Source: Methanobacteriota archaeon
GTDB lineage: Archaea; Thermoplasmatota; Poseidoniia; Poseidoniales; Poseidoniaceae
DNA length: 46,920 bases
NCBI GenBank assembly: GCA_009937205.1
Contig: JAACCR010000065.1
Span: forward strand, 1 to 46,920
Direction: 5' to 3'
Shown piece after piece: positions 9,095 through 17,266 of the stretch. The notes under the pieces were generated by a model, which saw only the letters and a program-made list of their open reading frames with translations, ran no database searches and was not told where the DNA came from. The translations under genes were made by a program, and so were the position numbers. Each line of letters begins with the position of its first letter. Position 1 is the stretch's first letter.

Positions 9095-10003
9095 ATGCGT
9101 CAAATTGCAGTGTATGCCATAGGCGGCAATGCCCTCTCTTCTCCTTCAGGAGATGATGTGCAACAAACTTCACATGTTCTTGCTAGAGTGATGAGTGATG
9201 TTGTTGATCTGCTGGAAGGTGGATGGGGCGTTATTCTCACTCATGGAAATGGCCCGCAGGTAGGTCATTTGCTAGCAATGGATGTTGACCAAAGCCAGGA
9301 CATGGATAGTTGGGTTGCAGCGACACAGGGTATGATTGGGCATTCGTTATCCATTAATCTTGATTCTATTTTACTGAGACGCAGAAGACCTGAGAGGACA
9401 GCAGTTGTTTTGACGAGAGTTGAAGTTAATGAGGCGGACAATGGATTTCAGTATCCAACAAAACCAGTAGGTCCAGTTCTATCAAATGATGTTGTTATGA
9501 CTGCTGACTGGGATATTGCTGAGACAGTTATCGGCCCGAGGAGAGTTGTTGCCAGTCCACTTCCGATGCGGGTTTTAGACCTACAAGTTATTCAGAAATT
9601 AGTTGAACTAAAGGCTGTTGTTATTTGTGGTGGAGGTGGAGGTATTCCAGTAGTCAAAAAGAAAAACCACTTTGTTGGTGTGCCAGCAGTTATTGACAAA
9701 GATCGCCTTTCATCATTGTTGGCAATAGAATTACAGGCAGATGCACTTATTATTTCAACAGCCATCGATTGTGTCAAAACTGGATTCGGTAGCGAATCAG
9801 AGACTAGTCATACTCACCTGACAATAGACCAGTGTGAGCAATTCCTTGCTGAAGGAGAATTCCCTGCCGGTTCTATGGGGCCAAAGATTGGAAGCTTGAT
9901 GGAAGCATCACTGCATAACCCCAAATGCAAAGCGGTATTGTGTCAGCCAGGTGATGCATTGAAGGCATTGCGTGGTGAAGCAGGTACTACTATTCATCAA
10001 TAA
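9095..10003 (+). CDS. arcC: Carbamate kinase
   Basis: AIGGNAL, THGNGPQVG, TQGMIG, PTKPVGP, RRVVASP, GGGGIPV, AVIDKD, GSMGPK. Confidence 0.92.
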   Translation: MRQIAVYAIGGNALSSPSGDDVQQTSHVLARVMSDVVDLLEGGWGVILTHGNGPQVGHLLAMDVDQSQDMDSWVAATQGMIGHSLSINLDSILLRRRRPERTAVVLTRVEVNEADNGFQYPTKPVGPVLSNDVVMTADWDIAETVIGPRRVVASPLPMRVLDLQVIQKLVELKAVVICGGGGGIPVVKKKNHFVGVPAVIDKDRLSSLLAIELQADALIISTAIDCVKTGFGSESETSHTHLTIDQCEQFLAEGEFPAGSMGPKIGSLMEASLHNPKCKAVLCQPGDALKALRGEAGTTIHQ

Positions 10004-10024
10004 AGCGCTAGATTACTTCTAAAA

Positions 10025-10040
10025 TTGCAAAACTTTGCAA
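10025..10040. promoter_or_regulatory. Inverted repeat TTGCAAA-AC-TTTGCAA upstream of sodN, candidate operator
   Basis: Perfect 7-2-7 inverted repeat ending 8 nt before the TTCAT element (10048) and 39 nt before the sodN ATG. Confidence 0.45.
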
Positions 10041-10078
10041 GCGTATCTTCATTAAGCGCATTCGTTTTAGCCAATTTG

Positions 10079-10528
10079 ATGACTACCGAGTTACCAACGA
10101 TCGAAGCCGAAGCACACTGTGATGGACCATGTGGTGTATATGACCCTGCAAGTGCAAGAATTGCCGCTGAAGCAGTCCAATCAATGACAAATAAGATGCT
10201 TACTCTAGAGTGCCCAGAAACCTCTGACGCACCAGCAATGGCAGCCTATCTTAACACAATGAGTAGATATGCAGCAATCAAGGAAGAAGAAGGTCACAAG
10301 TGCAAATCAGAATTACTTGTATTATGGACAGATTTCTTCAAACCGATTCATCTAGAAGCAAACCCAACTTTACATGATACCTTTTGGAAGGCAGCAAAAC
10401 TATGTTCTGCTTGTAAGGTTGAAGTCTCCGCAGTCCACGCTCAAGAACTAATGGATGCAATCGAAGCAATTCATAATATGTTCTGGGCAGTAAAGGGAAG
10501 AGAAGTCGCTTGGGTTCGTGCATCTTGA
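10079..10528 (+). CDS. sodN: Nickel superoxide dismutase precursor
   Basis: Short leader ending AEA followed by the Ni-hook HCDGPCGVYDPA; LWTDFFK; LCSACK. Confidence 0.97.
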   Translation: MTTELPTIEAEAHCDGPCGVYDPASARIAAEAVQSMTNKMLTLECPETSDAPAMAAYLNTMSRYAAIKEEEGHKCKSELLVLWTDFFKPIHLEANPTLHDTFWKAAKLCSACKVEVSAVHAQELMDAIEAIHNMFWAVKGREVAWVRAS

Positions 10529-10547
10529 ACCAAAACGAGGGCTAATA

Positions 10548-10838
10548 ATGTCAGATTTCCACGTAATAATTCGTGGTGATTCAATGTGGCCAACATACTG
10601 TGATGGTGACAAAATAATCGCTAGTAAGGTAAGTAAGAATGTTCTTACTGAGGGTGATATTATCGTTTCAAAGCATCCACTAAAGTCAGATGTTGTTATT
10701 GTCAAAAGGATTAAACAAATACTTGAAGATGAAAAATTATTTCTTCAAGGAGATAATCCCGATCCATTAGCAAGTGAAGATTCGCATAACTTTGGACCAG
10801 TTAATGTAAACTTGGTGATTGGAATAATCAACAATTGA
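10548..10838 (+). CDS. sodX: NiSOD maturation protease (S26 family)
   Basis: GDSMWPT (Ser), IVKRI (Lys), GDNP...SEDSHNFGPV. Directly downstream of sodN. Confidence 0.93.
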   Translation: MSDFHVIIRGDSMWPTYCDGDKIIASKVSKNVLTEGDIIVSKHPLKSDVVIVKRIKQILEDEKLFLQGDNPDPLASEDSHNFGPVNVNLVIGIINN

Positions 10839-10869
10839 TGATACTACAATGGTTTGTTGGTCTGTAAGG

Positions 10870-10943
10870 CGGGCCTGACGGGGTTCGAACCCGCGACCGA
10901 TGGATTAAGAGTCCATCGCTCTACCTGACTAAGCTACAGGCCC
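10870..10943 (-). tRNA. tRNA-Lys (CTT)
   Basis: Reverse complement GGGCCTGTAGCTTAGTCAGGTAGAGCGATGGA-CTCTTAA-TCCATCGGTCGCGGGTTCGAACCCCGTCAGGCCCG. Confidence 0.97.
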
Positions 10944-11012
10944 ATGCCGCCCTCTTGCAACCCGCATTTAACCATTGACGGTGTAATTTGTTTGTTGGAG
11001 TTAGGTGTTGAA

Positions 11013-11717
11013 TCAAGCTAGTCTTCCAACTTGATTGACATGAGTTTCCACACCATTTTCCCCAGCCAAAACTACAGCATCACACATGTTATTGAATAAT
11101 CCAACTTGAACTACTCCCGCTATGTTCAAGATATCTGTTTCCATCTTTTCAGGATTGGTAATAGTTGGACCACAATGTGCATCAGCGATTAGATTGCCGT
11201 TATCCGTTACAACAGCGTTATCTCCTGCCATTCTACAATTGACTCTACAATCGAGTAGTCTTCCGAGTGCCCTAATTGTAGCGCTACTGGAAAAAGGAGT
11301 TATTTCAATAGGGAGAGGAAATGCTCCAAGAACATCAACTCTCTTTCTATCATCTGCAACTACGACCATTGCAGAAGATTCTTGGACCACTATTTTTTCA
11401 CGTAATAATGCTGCTCCACCACCCTTGATAAGTTGGAATTTTGGGTCATACTCATCAGCACCGTCAATAACGATATCCAATCCATCAATGCTAGATAATT
11501 TAACGAGCGGTATTCCAACTTCTATTGCCAACTTCTCAGTTGCGAGTGATGTCGGAACACCAACGATTTCCAAACCTTCTTCAGCGATCATACGTCCTAA
11601 TTCTATTACTGTATGTTTTACTGTTGAACCTGTGCCAAGACCTACTTTCATACCAGTCTTTACGAATGCGCATGCCGCTATCCCCGCCTCTTTCTTTAGT
11701 TGCTCAACATCTGCCAT
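11013..11717 (-). CDS. rpiA: Ribose-5-phosphate isomerase A
   Basis: VGLGTGST, DGADE, IKGGGAALLREK, TDNGN. Start placed at ATG 11717. Confidence 0.97.
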   Translation of the reverse strand: MADVEQLKKEAGIAACAFVKTGMKVGLGTGSTVKHTVIELGRMIAEEGLEIVGVPTSLATEKLAIEVGIPLVKLSSIDGLDIVIDGADEYDPKFQLIKGGGAALLREKIVVQESSAMVVVADDRKRVDVLGAFPLPIEITPFSSSATIRALGRLLDCRVNCRMAGDNAVVTDNGNLIADAHCGPTITNPEKMETDILNIAGVVQVGLFNNMCDAVVLAGENGVETHVNQVGRLA

Positions 11718-11820
11718 AAGTAGAGGGTGTTGAATATAGTTCATGATGCTTTTCGCATAGTTTGCAAAATTTCATCATTGAGAAATGTCAAAAGTCTTTT
11801 CAGTCTAGTATTGATGTATA

Positions 11821-14800
11821 GTGATTATGGGAGCAGATGCCGGTTGTAGATCTGTGGCGTTTGCCCTCGTTTTCGTGTTCTTAATTTCTACCTTTGCGGG
11901 GCTAATTTCTAATCAAGATGACAATGGTTTAGATTTACAAACTACCAAGTCTGCATCTACTCCGATTGGTCAAAGTAGTTTGTTGACAGTCGGTTCATTC
12001 CCGGATGGATCTAACCAGAAGGTCAGTATTTCAGTTCCAGATGGAGAGGCGATTCAATCACTTGATCTAAATATTGAAGCCGCAACATTACCCACTTCAA
12101 ACTCCTTTTCATGGGATGATTCAGCAGATTACTCAACAGATACAGTATATGGCGGCATGGATGTAAATGGTACATCATTGACTATTTTACCGCAAGGGTG
12201 GAGCTATGACTTTGAAGGGGTTAACCCGTTTACATTTACTGGTTCAAACATCTGGTTATATGGTTCAGATACGACCCTTGGGGCAGGTGGCGTCAGTAGT
12301 GGTGCGAGTGCAATCTACACCTACAATGGGAACTACCCAACCTACATGGGAGGGCCGTACTGGGCCACATCTCCAGTAATGAATTGCAGCGGTTGTTCAG
12401 GGTCCTGGAATCTCAAATTTGATAAGAGGCTTGGCGTTGAAAGTTCTTACTATGACCATGCATATGTGTCTGTGAAAAGTTCGTCCGGGTCTTGGGTCAA
12501 TGTCTGGTCCAATCCACAAAGTACCACCAACGATGGTTCCTACGTCCAACAAACGATCAGCATCACAAATTATATTCAGAATAATCCGAGTTTCCAAGTT
12601 CGTTTCGGTTTGGGGTCCTCTGATGGTTCAGTCCAATATACAGGATGGAATGTAGATGATGTAGAAATCGAACCAGTGGGGGGCACTTCTGCTGGAGAAG
12701 GTAATTGGACATCACAACCCATCAGCCCTCTTTCTTTAGGAATGGGAGAAGATAGGGCATTTGGAATGATGTATATGGATGCAATCGTACCTCCTGGGTC
12801 ATTATTTGAATGGAGTTTGATGGATGCTTCAACTGGCCTATTGATTCCTCAATATTCACACTTTGAAACTACTAGCATGGATTTCGGAATGATAGATTGG
12901 CAAAAGTATCCTTCTGTTAGAATGAAAATTCATATGGGAACAGGCCAAGGTGCTAGTGCTCCTATCATTAACGGGATTTATTTTGATGGCAAGATAATTG
13001 AAGATTTCATAGATGACCCGAACAGAATCGGTTGGCAATTACAAGGCGGAACTTGGTCAAATGGAGTCATTAGCGGAACTTCAGATGTTTTGTCTCCAAT
13101 CTATAGAATGAGGTCTGGTTTCGGTGCTATCTCTAGTAATTCCGTTATGAATAGCGGTTGTACCTTACAGTACAAGATCGGTAATGAACCATTATGGGTA
13201 ACATTAGCCAGCGATACTATTGAATCTTTAACTTCGCCAGAATTCATGGTCCAATTCAAATTCACCTCAAGCGGCACTTGTAATATTGATGTTTTTAATG
13301 TAGAATTAATTCATACATCAGTTGCAGATGGACTTCGAATTGATGTGGGATTAGATGGTATTTCCGATTGGTCTGTGAACAACCCAGGAGATGGCCGTTT
13401 CGGTATACAAGATGAACATAGATTTGGTTCTGGTTGGAAGAGTTCTAATTCAATTCCAACAGCAGCATCATACTTTGAATTATTGTTGCCAGCAAGCGGA
13501 GTAAGTGATTTTTCATTTGCTTTAGCAAGCGATGTCGAAATGAAAAGCCCATATGTGACATTTTCAGTAGAAGGAACCTCTATCATCAATAAACCATTAA
13601 CCAACTTACTGATGTGCGAACAAATCACCTTAACATCTGGTGAATTAACTTCTCTAAATAACGCACTAGGTGGAACAAATACCTTTTCAAAGAAAGTTGT
13701 CACAATTAGAGTCGGGTCTTCGGAAACTCCAGCTGAAGTTATGATGGGTGGAATATTTGCTCCATGGGATGCAGATTTAGATCTGACATTTTCTGCGACA
13801 AGTCCTTTGATTTTAGCACTGAATACTGAATTGAGTTCTATTGTTCCTATTGCGGGCGTAAAGGAAGTAAAATTACCTGTGCGGATGAGTAGTACAGGAG
13901 CGGTTAGATTAACAGTTGAAGGAATTACTTCGCAATCATCCGTTACTCCTGTTTCAATATCAGTCAGTAATGTAGAGGATACTTTTACTCCAAGTGTAGA
14001 TTGGTATGAAGTTGAAAGTGTCTTTGATTTCTCTAACTTAAATGTACCTAATGCACTTTCCCATGCTAAATCTAATGGATGGATGGTAGAGATGAAATTA
14101 AGTGGGCAAAATCAATCTTCTTCAATTAGATGCCCGGTGATCTCATTGAATATGACAGGTTCCAGCATTACAGGATGTACACTATCCAGTGTCAATTTAT
14201 TGTGGACTCATTCTGGAGCAGATGGCCGAATTTCTGTAATCGATGGCGGTCAATATATCCAAGTAGAGTATCAATTCAAGTTCCCAGAATCTTGGGATGA
14301 TGAATCTTCACTATCATTATCTGTATTTTTAATTGCACCATCAGGCCCAATGATTCCAGTAAACAAGGACTTTGGTCTTGGTGATTCAGCAGGAGTTGAA
14401 AACGATGTGACACTAAAATCGTGGTCAGTTGTTTCTTCAAATGGAGTACATTCAACTGAATCTTCACCATACCTCAATCCAGGTCAGGAAGTAATTATTG
14501 AAGCTGTATTGGGCTTTGAAGATGTTTGGATGAGCCCATCACCCCGTCCTGGGCAAACCTTGGTTAGATTACTTGAAGATGGGGCGGAAGTAAGTACTTC
14601 TTCCATGATCTTAGATGGAATTGTTTCATTACCATATTTTGTACCAATCGGTAAAAGCTCAGTGGATTTAGAACTTGTTCTTGAACCTCTGAAAGGGCAA
14701 GGGGTTGGATATGAAACCGATAATAACTTGACATTTGAATTTGATACAGTCGCACCATTAATGATCTCTATGGATGTTGAACAATTCGATCATCGTGATA

Positions 14801-16890
14801 TATCTCCAAGAAATGAATTCAATTTCCAAATAGCCGATAGACCAGTATTACCAAGTCATGCAAAGGCGCATATGTGGAGATCTTGGCTAGACGATACCAA
14901 CATGGATGGTTTAATGGATGAAAGCGAGGTAGTCGTTAAGGACTTGATTCTACCGATGCATTTGACACATCTTCAAGCAGATTATACATTGGAGATGAAC
15001 ACTTCTCTTGCACTCGACGGCTCGTATTTCTCTGCATGGTTGGAGATTGCTGACCCTGCTGGAAACATGCTGGCTAATTCAGGTTCGTATCAAGAACCAT
15101 TATTCAATGTGCAGTTGCGAAGTGATGGTGCTCCAAGTTTGGGTTCAAATGTAAATGATTGGGGATTGGGTGAAAATGTATGGATGCATCCTGGAGAGTC
15201 AAACATTGTAGAAGTTTCAATATGGGACAGCAATGGTATAAGTGATATTTCTGAAATCAATTTAGCACTATCTGGTAATACCTTTGATAGAGTTGATATT
15301 GTTTGGTTTGGTTCTAACCAAACTTGTTATTCAGCAGAAATTTATCTCAATATAGAATCATGTGATTTAATTCCACTGGATTCCACTAACGTGTTTTCTC
15401 CAGAGGGATTGTTCACTGTCAACTTCTCTTTGGAGTGGGGATTCAATCCGGATGTAAGTCAGTTGAGGAGACCCCACCTCATGGTTCGTGATTATCAAGG
15501 TCAGTCAAATAATTTTGATTTATCTAGTTTAGATTGGAAGTTTTCAGGTGAATTAATTGTTGAAAGAGACGAATTAGCGCTATCGACTGGTGGTGAAGTA
15601 ATCGAAGGTTTAGCTGAATGGATAACTCCAAGAACCGATATTGGCATTTCAGGTGGAATCGACTGGTATCGTAGCGGTAGAGATGTGATACAGCCACTTG
15701 ATTTGATGTTTTCACTGTCAGATAGTGATGTTGAAATTGAATATGTCGATGGTGAATTCTCTGGAACCATAATCTCACCTTTAGAGCCTGGGACATATGC
15801 ATTAACTGGTACAATATTTGATCCACCTAATGGTGCCATTGACAAGGGCCCACAGACTCCTTTTGGCTGGTTTATTATCGATGAGGTATCTCCTAAAATT
15901 ATCAGTGTTAATAGTCCAGTCTATAATAGCGTGATAAATGAAAAGGATTGGGATGATATCTCCTTTGAAATCATTATTTCTGAAGATGAGCAACTAAATG
16001 CACAATCACTTATTCTTAATTGGGCAGTATATCCTGCAGGCCTTGGACTTAATGTTAACGCCGTTGTCAATGGAACTAGTCCACTAAACATTCTAGGCGG
16101 TAAATTGGTTGGAGAATCAATACCTTGCAAGGCACAATTAGATCTAGGAGCAGAATTGAGTCAAGAATTACGGGCACAAAATTTAGAATTGCGAATTTGG
16201 GTGACAGGGGAAGATAAGGCGGGACATCAAATCTCAAAGACATTCAATGATATTGATGCTCCACTATCGGTTTGGATTATTGAGCAAAGAGTTGCAAATT
16301 ATGTATTCTCTACTCCACAAATGTCTCCTAGCAAGGAATTACATGCCAATGAACAAGTAGATTTAGCGGTCTTGATAAGTAATGATGGTAAAGCAGAAGG
16401 TAGTGCTCAATTGGTACTGGAATTAGTTGAGAGTAATGGGGCAAGAACTCGTTTAGATGCTAGAGAAATAACACTCGAAGCAGGTGGAAACATCGCTTAT
16501 ACTCATTCTTGGACTCCAGACCGTGTGGGGACAATGTGGATTGAATTCCATATTATCAATGGGCCAAGTACACAAACAGCAAGTGTCCACGTTGATGCAG
16601 CGAAATCAGAAGGTGCTTTTGCTAGTGTTAGTGAAATCAATCCGATTTTATTGATAATAATCATATTGTTATCAGTATCACTAGTTGGCTTGATCGCATA
16701 CGGTTTGAAAGGTAATGACAATTCAGAACGTAAGTTCAATCCTTCGAAGCAAAATCGCGCAACAGATTCACTACCGAGCCTAGAAGAGTTTGCTAAAACG
16801 AAGAAGCAAAATGAAGAAGAAGTCACTGCTCAAGAAGATTATTCTGGTATGCATGATGGTAGTTCACCTGGTGAAAATCCGTACGATTAA
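11821..16890 (+). CDS. Giant cell-surface protein: signal peptide, inserted MAM/lectin-like beta-sandwich, Ig-like repeats, CARDB-like domain, C-terminal TM
   Basis: Hydrophobic N-terminus; insert YDFEG...SSDGSVQYTGWNVDDVEI; ISNDGKAEG...WTPDRVG CARDB-like domain; TM ILLIIIILLSVSLVGLIAYGL; acidic cytoplasmic tail. Confidence 0.85.
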   Translation: MIMGADAGCRSVAFALVFVFLISTFAGLISNQDDNGLDLQTTKSASTPIGQSSLLTVGSFPDGSNQKVSISVPDGEAIQSLDLNIEAATLPTSNSFSWDDSADYSTDTVYGGMDVNGTSLTILPQGWSYDFEGVNPFTFTGSNIWLYGSDTTLGAGGVSSGASAIYTYNGNYPTYMGGPYWATSPVMNCSGCSGSWNLKFDKRLGVESSYYDHAYVSVKSSSGSWVNVWSNPQSTTNDGSYVQQTISITNYIQNNPSFQVRFGLGSSDGSVQYTGWNVDDVEIEPVGGTSAGEGNWTSQPISPLSLGMGEDRAFGMMYMDAIVPPGSLFEWSLMDASTGLLIPQYSHFETTSMDFGMIDWQKYPSVRMKIHMGTGQGASAPIINGIYFDGKIIEDFIDDPNRIGWQLQGGTWSNGVISGTSDVLSPIYRMRSGFGAISSNSVMNSGCTLQYKIGNEPLWVTLASDTIESLTSPEFMVQFKFTSSGTCNIDVFNVELIHTSVADGLRIDVGLDGISDWSVNNPGDGRFGIQDEHRFGSGWKSSNSIPTAASYFELLLPASGVSDFSFALASDVEMKSPYVTFSVEGTSIINKPLTNLLMCEQITLTSGELTSLNNALGGTNTFSKKVVTIRVGSSETPAEVMMGGIFAPWDADLDLTFSATSPLILALNTELSSIVPIAGVKEVKLPVRMSSTGAVRLTVEGITSQSSVTPVSISVSNVEDTFTPSVDWYEVESVFDFSNLNVPNALSHAKSNGWMVEMKLSGQNQSSSIRCPVISLNMTGSSITGCTLSSVNLLWTHSGADGRISVIDGGQYIQVEYQFKFPESWDDESSLSLSVFLIAPSGPMIPVNKDFGLGDSAGVENDVTLKSWSVVSSNGVHSTESSPYLNPGQEVIIEAVLGFEDVWMSPSPRPGQTLVRLLEDGAEVSTSSMILDGIVSLPYFVPIGKSSVDLELVLEPLKGQGVGYETDNNLTFEFDTVAPLMISMDVEQFDHRDISPRNEFNFQIADRPVLPSHAKAHMWRSWLDDTNMDGLMDESEVVVKDLILPMHLTHLQADYTLEMNTSLALDGSYFSAWLEIADPAGNMLANSGSYQEPLFNVQLRSDGAPSLGSNVNDWGLGENVWMHPGESNIVEVSIWDSNGISDISEINLALSGNTFDRVDIVWFGSNQTCYSAEIYLNIESCDLIPLDSTNVFSPEGLFTVNFSLEWGFNPDVSQLRRPHLMVRDYQGQSNNFDLSSLDWKFSGELIVERDELALSTGGEVIEGLAEWITPRTDIGISGGIDWYRSGRDVIQPLDLMFSLSDSDVEIEYVDGEFSGTIISPLEPGTYALTGTIFDPPNGAIDKGPQTPFGWFIIDEVSPKIISVNSPVYNSVINEKDWDDISFEIIISEDEQLNAQSLILNWAVYPAGLGLNVNAVVNGTSPLNILGGKLVGESIPCKAQLDLGAELSQELRAQNLELRIWVTGEDKAGHQISKTFNDIDAPLSVWIIEQRVANYVFSTPQMSPSKELHANEQVDLAVLISNDGKAEGSAQLVLELVESNGARTRLDAREITLEAGGNIAYTHSWTPDRVGTMWIEFHIINGPSTQTASVHVDAAKSEGAFASVSEINPILLIIIILLSVSLVGLIAYGLKGNDNSERKFNPSKQNRATDSLPSLEEFAKTKKQNEEEVTAQEDYSGMHDGSSPGENPYD

Positions 16891-16962
16891 GTCCATTTTC
16901 ACAGCAATTTTTCACTTTGGGATTTGCGAGAAGTTGAAATGAGTGATGCAGAAGCATTGCTT

Positions 16963-17265
16963 GGAGGGAGAAGGAGGACCGCTGACAGAGTTAGACTCTG
17001 AGGAAAGTCCCCTCTCCAAAGTGCAAGTGGTTCGCAGAAGTGAAAAAACAGAGATGTTTAGGTTAATGCTGCAGAAACGAACGATACAGGGTGTGTACAA
17101 TGATGTTGAAAGACGGAGATTGCCTTGTTGTCGATGAGACGAACAACCCCACTGGAGCAAGTCCAAACCGCTACGATAGAGCTGCACGCTCTGTAGCAGG
17201 TAGGACGCTTAGTTGAATGTGGTCGCCGAAAGGTAACAGAAAGGGGCTTACTCCCTTCTCCCTCC
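16963..17265 (+). ncRNA. rnpB: Archaeal RNase P RNA (type A-like)
   Basis: GAGGAAAGTCC and AACAGAAAGGGGCTTA conserved P4 strands; P1 GGAGGGAGAAGG/CCTTCTCCCTCC; P8 TTCGC/GTGAA and P9 AAACA/TGTTT hairpins; TTGAA at -29. Confidence 0.95.
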
Positions 17266-17266
17266 C

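Noticed and set aside
10839..11012. Integrated mobile element at tRNA-Lys (also considered at tRNA-Pro and tRNA-His)
   Set aside because: No duplicated tRNA 3' end, integrase or transposase seen in the window.
11122..11733. 203-aa plus-strand ORF and the many other antisense ORFs in the track
   Set aside because: Shadow frames of well-supported genes (here rpiA) with Ser/Ile/Pro-rich composition and no motifs.
16912..17187. ORFs 16912-17187 (-) and 16943-17137 (+)
   Set aside because: They overlap the RNase P RNA and have no protein motifs.
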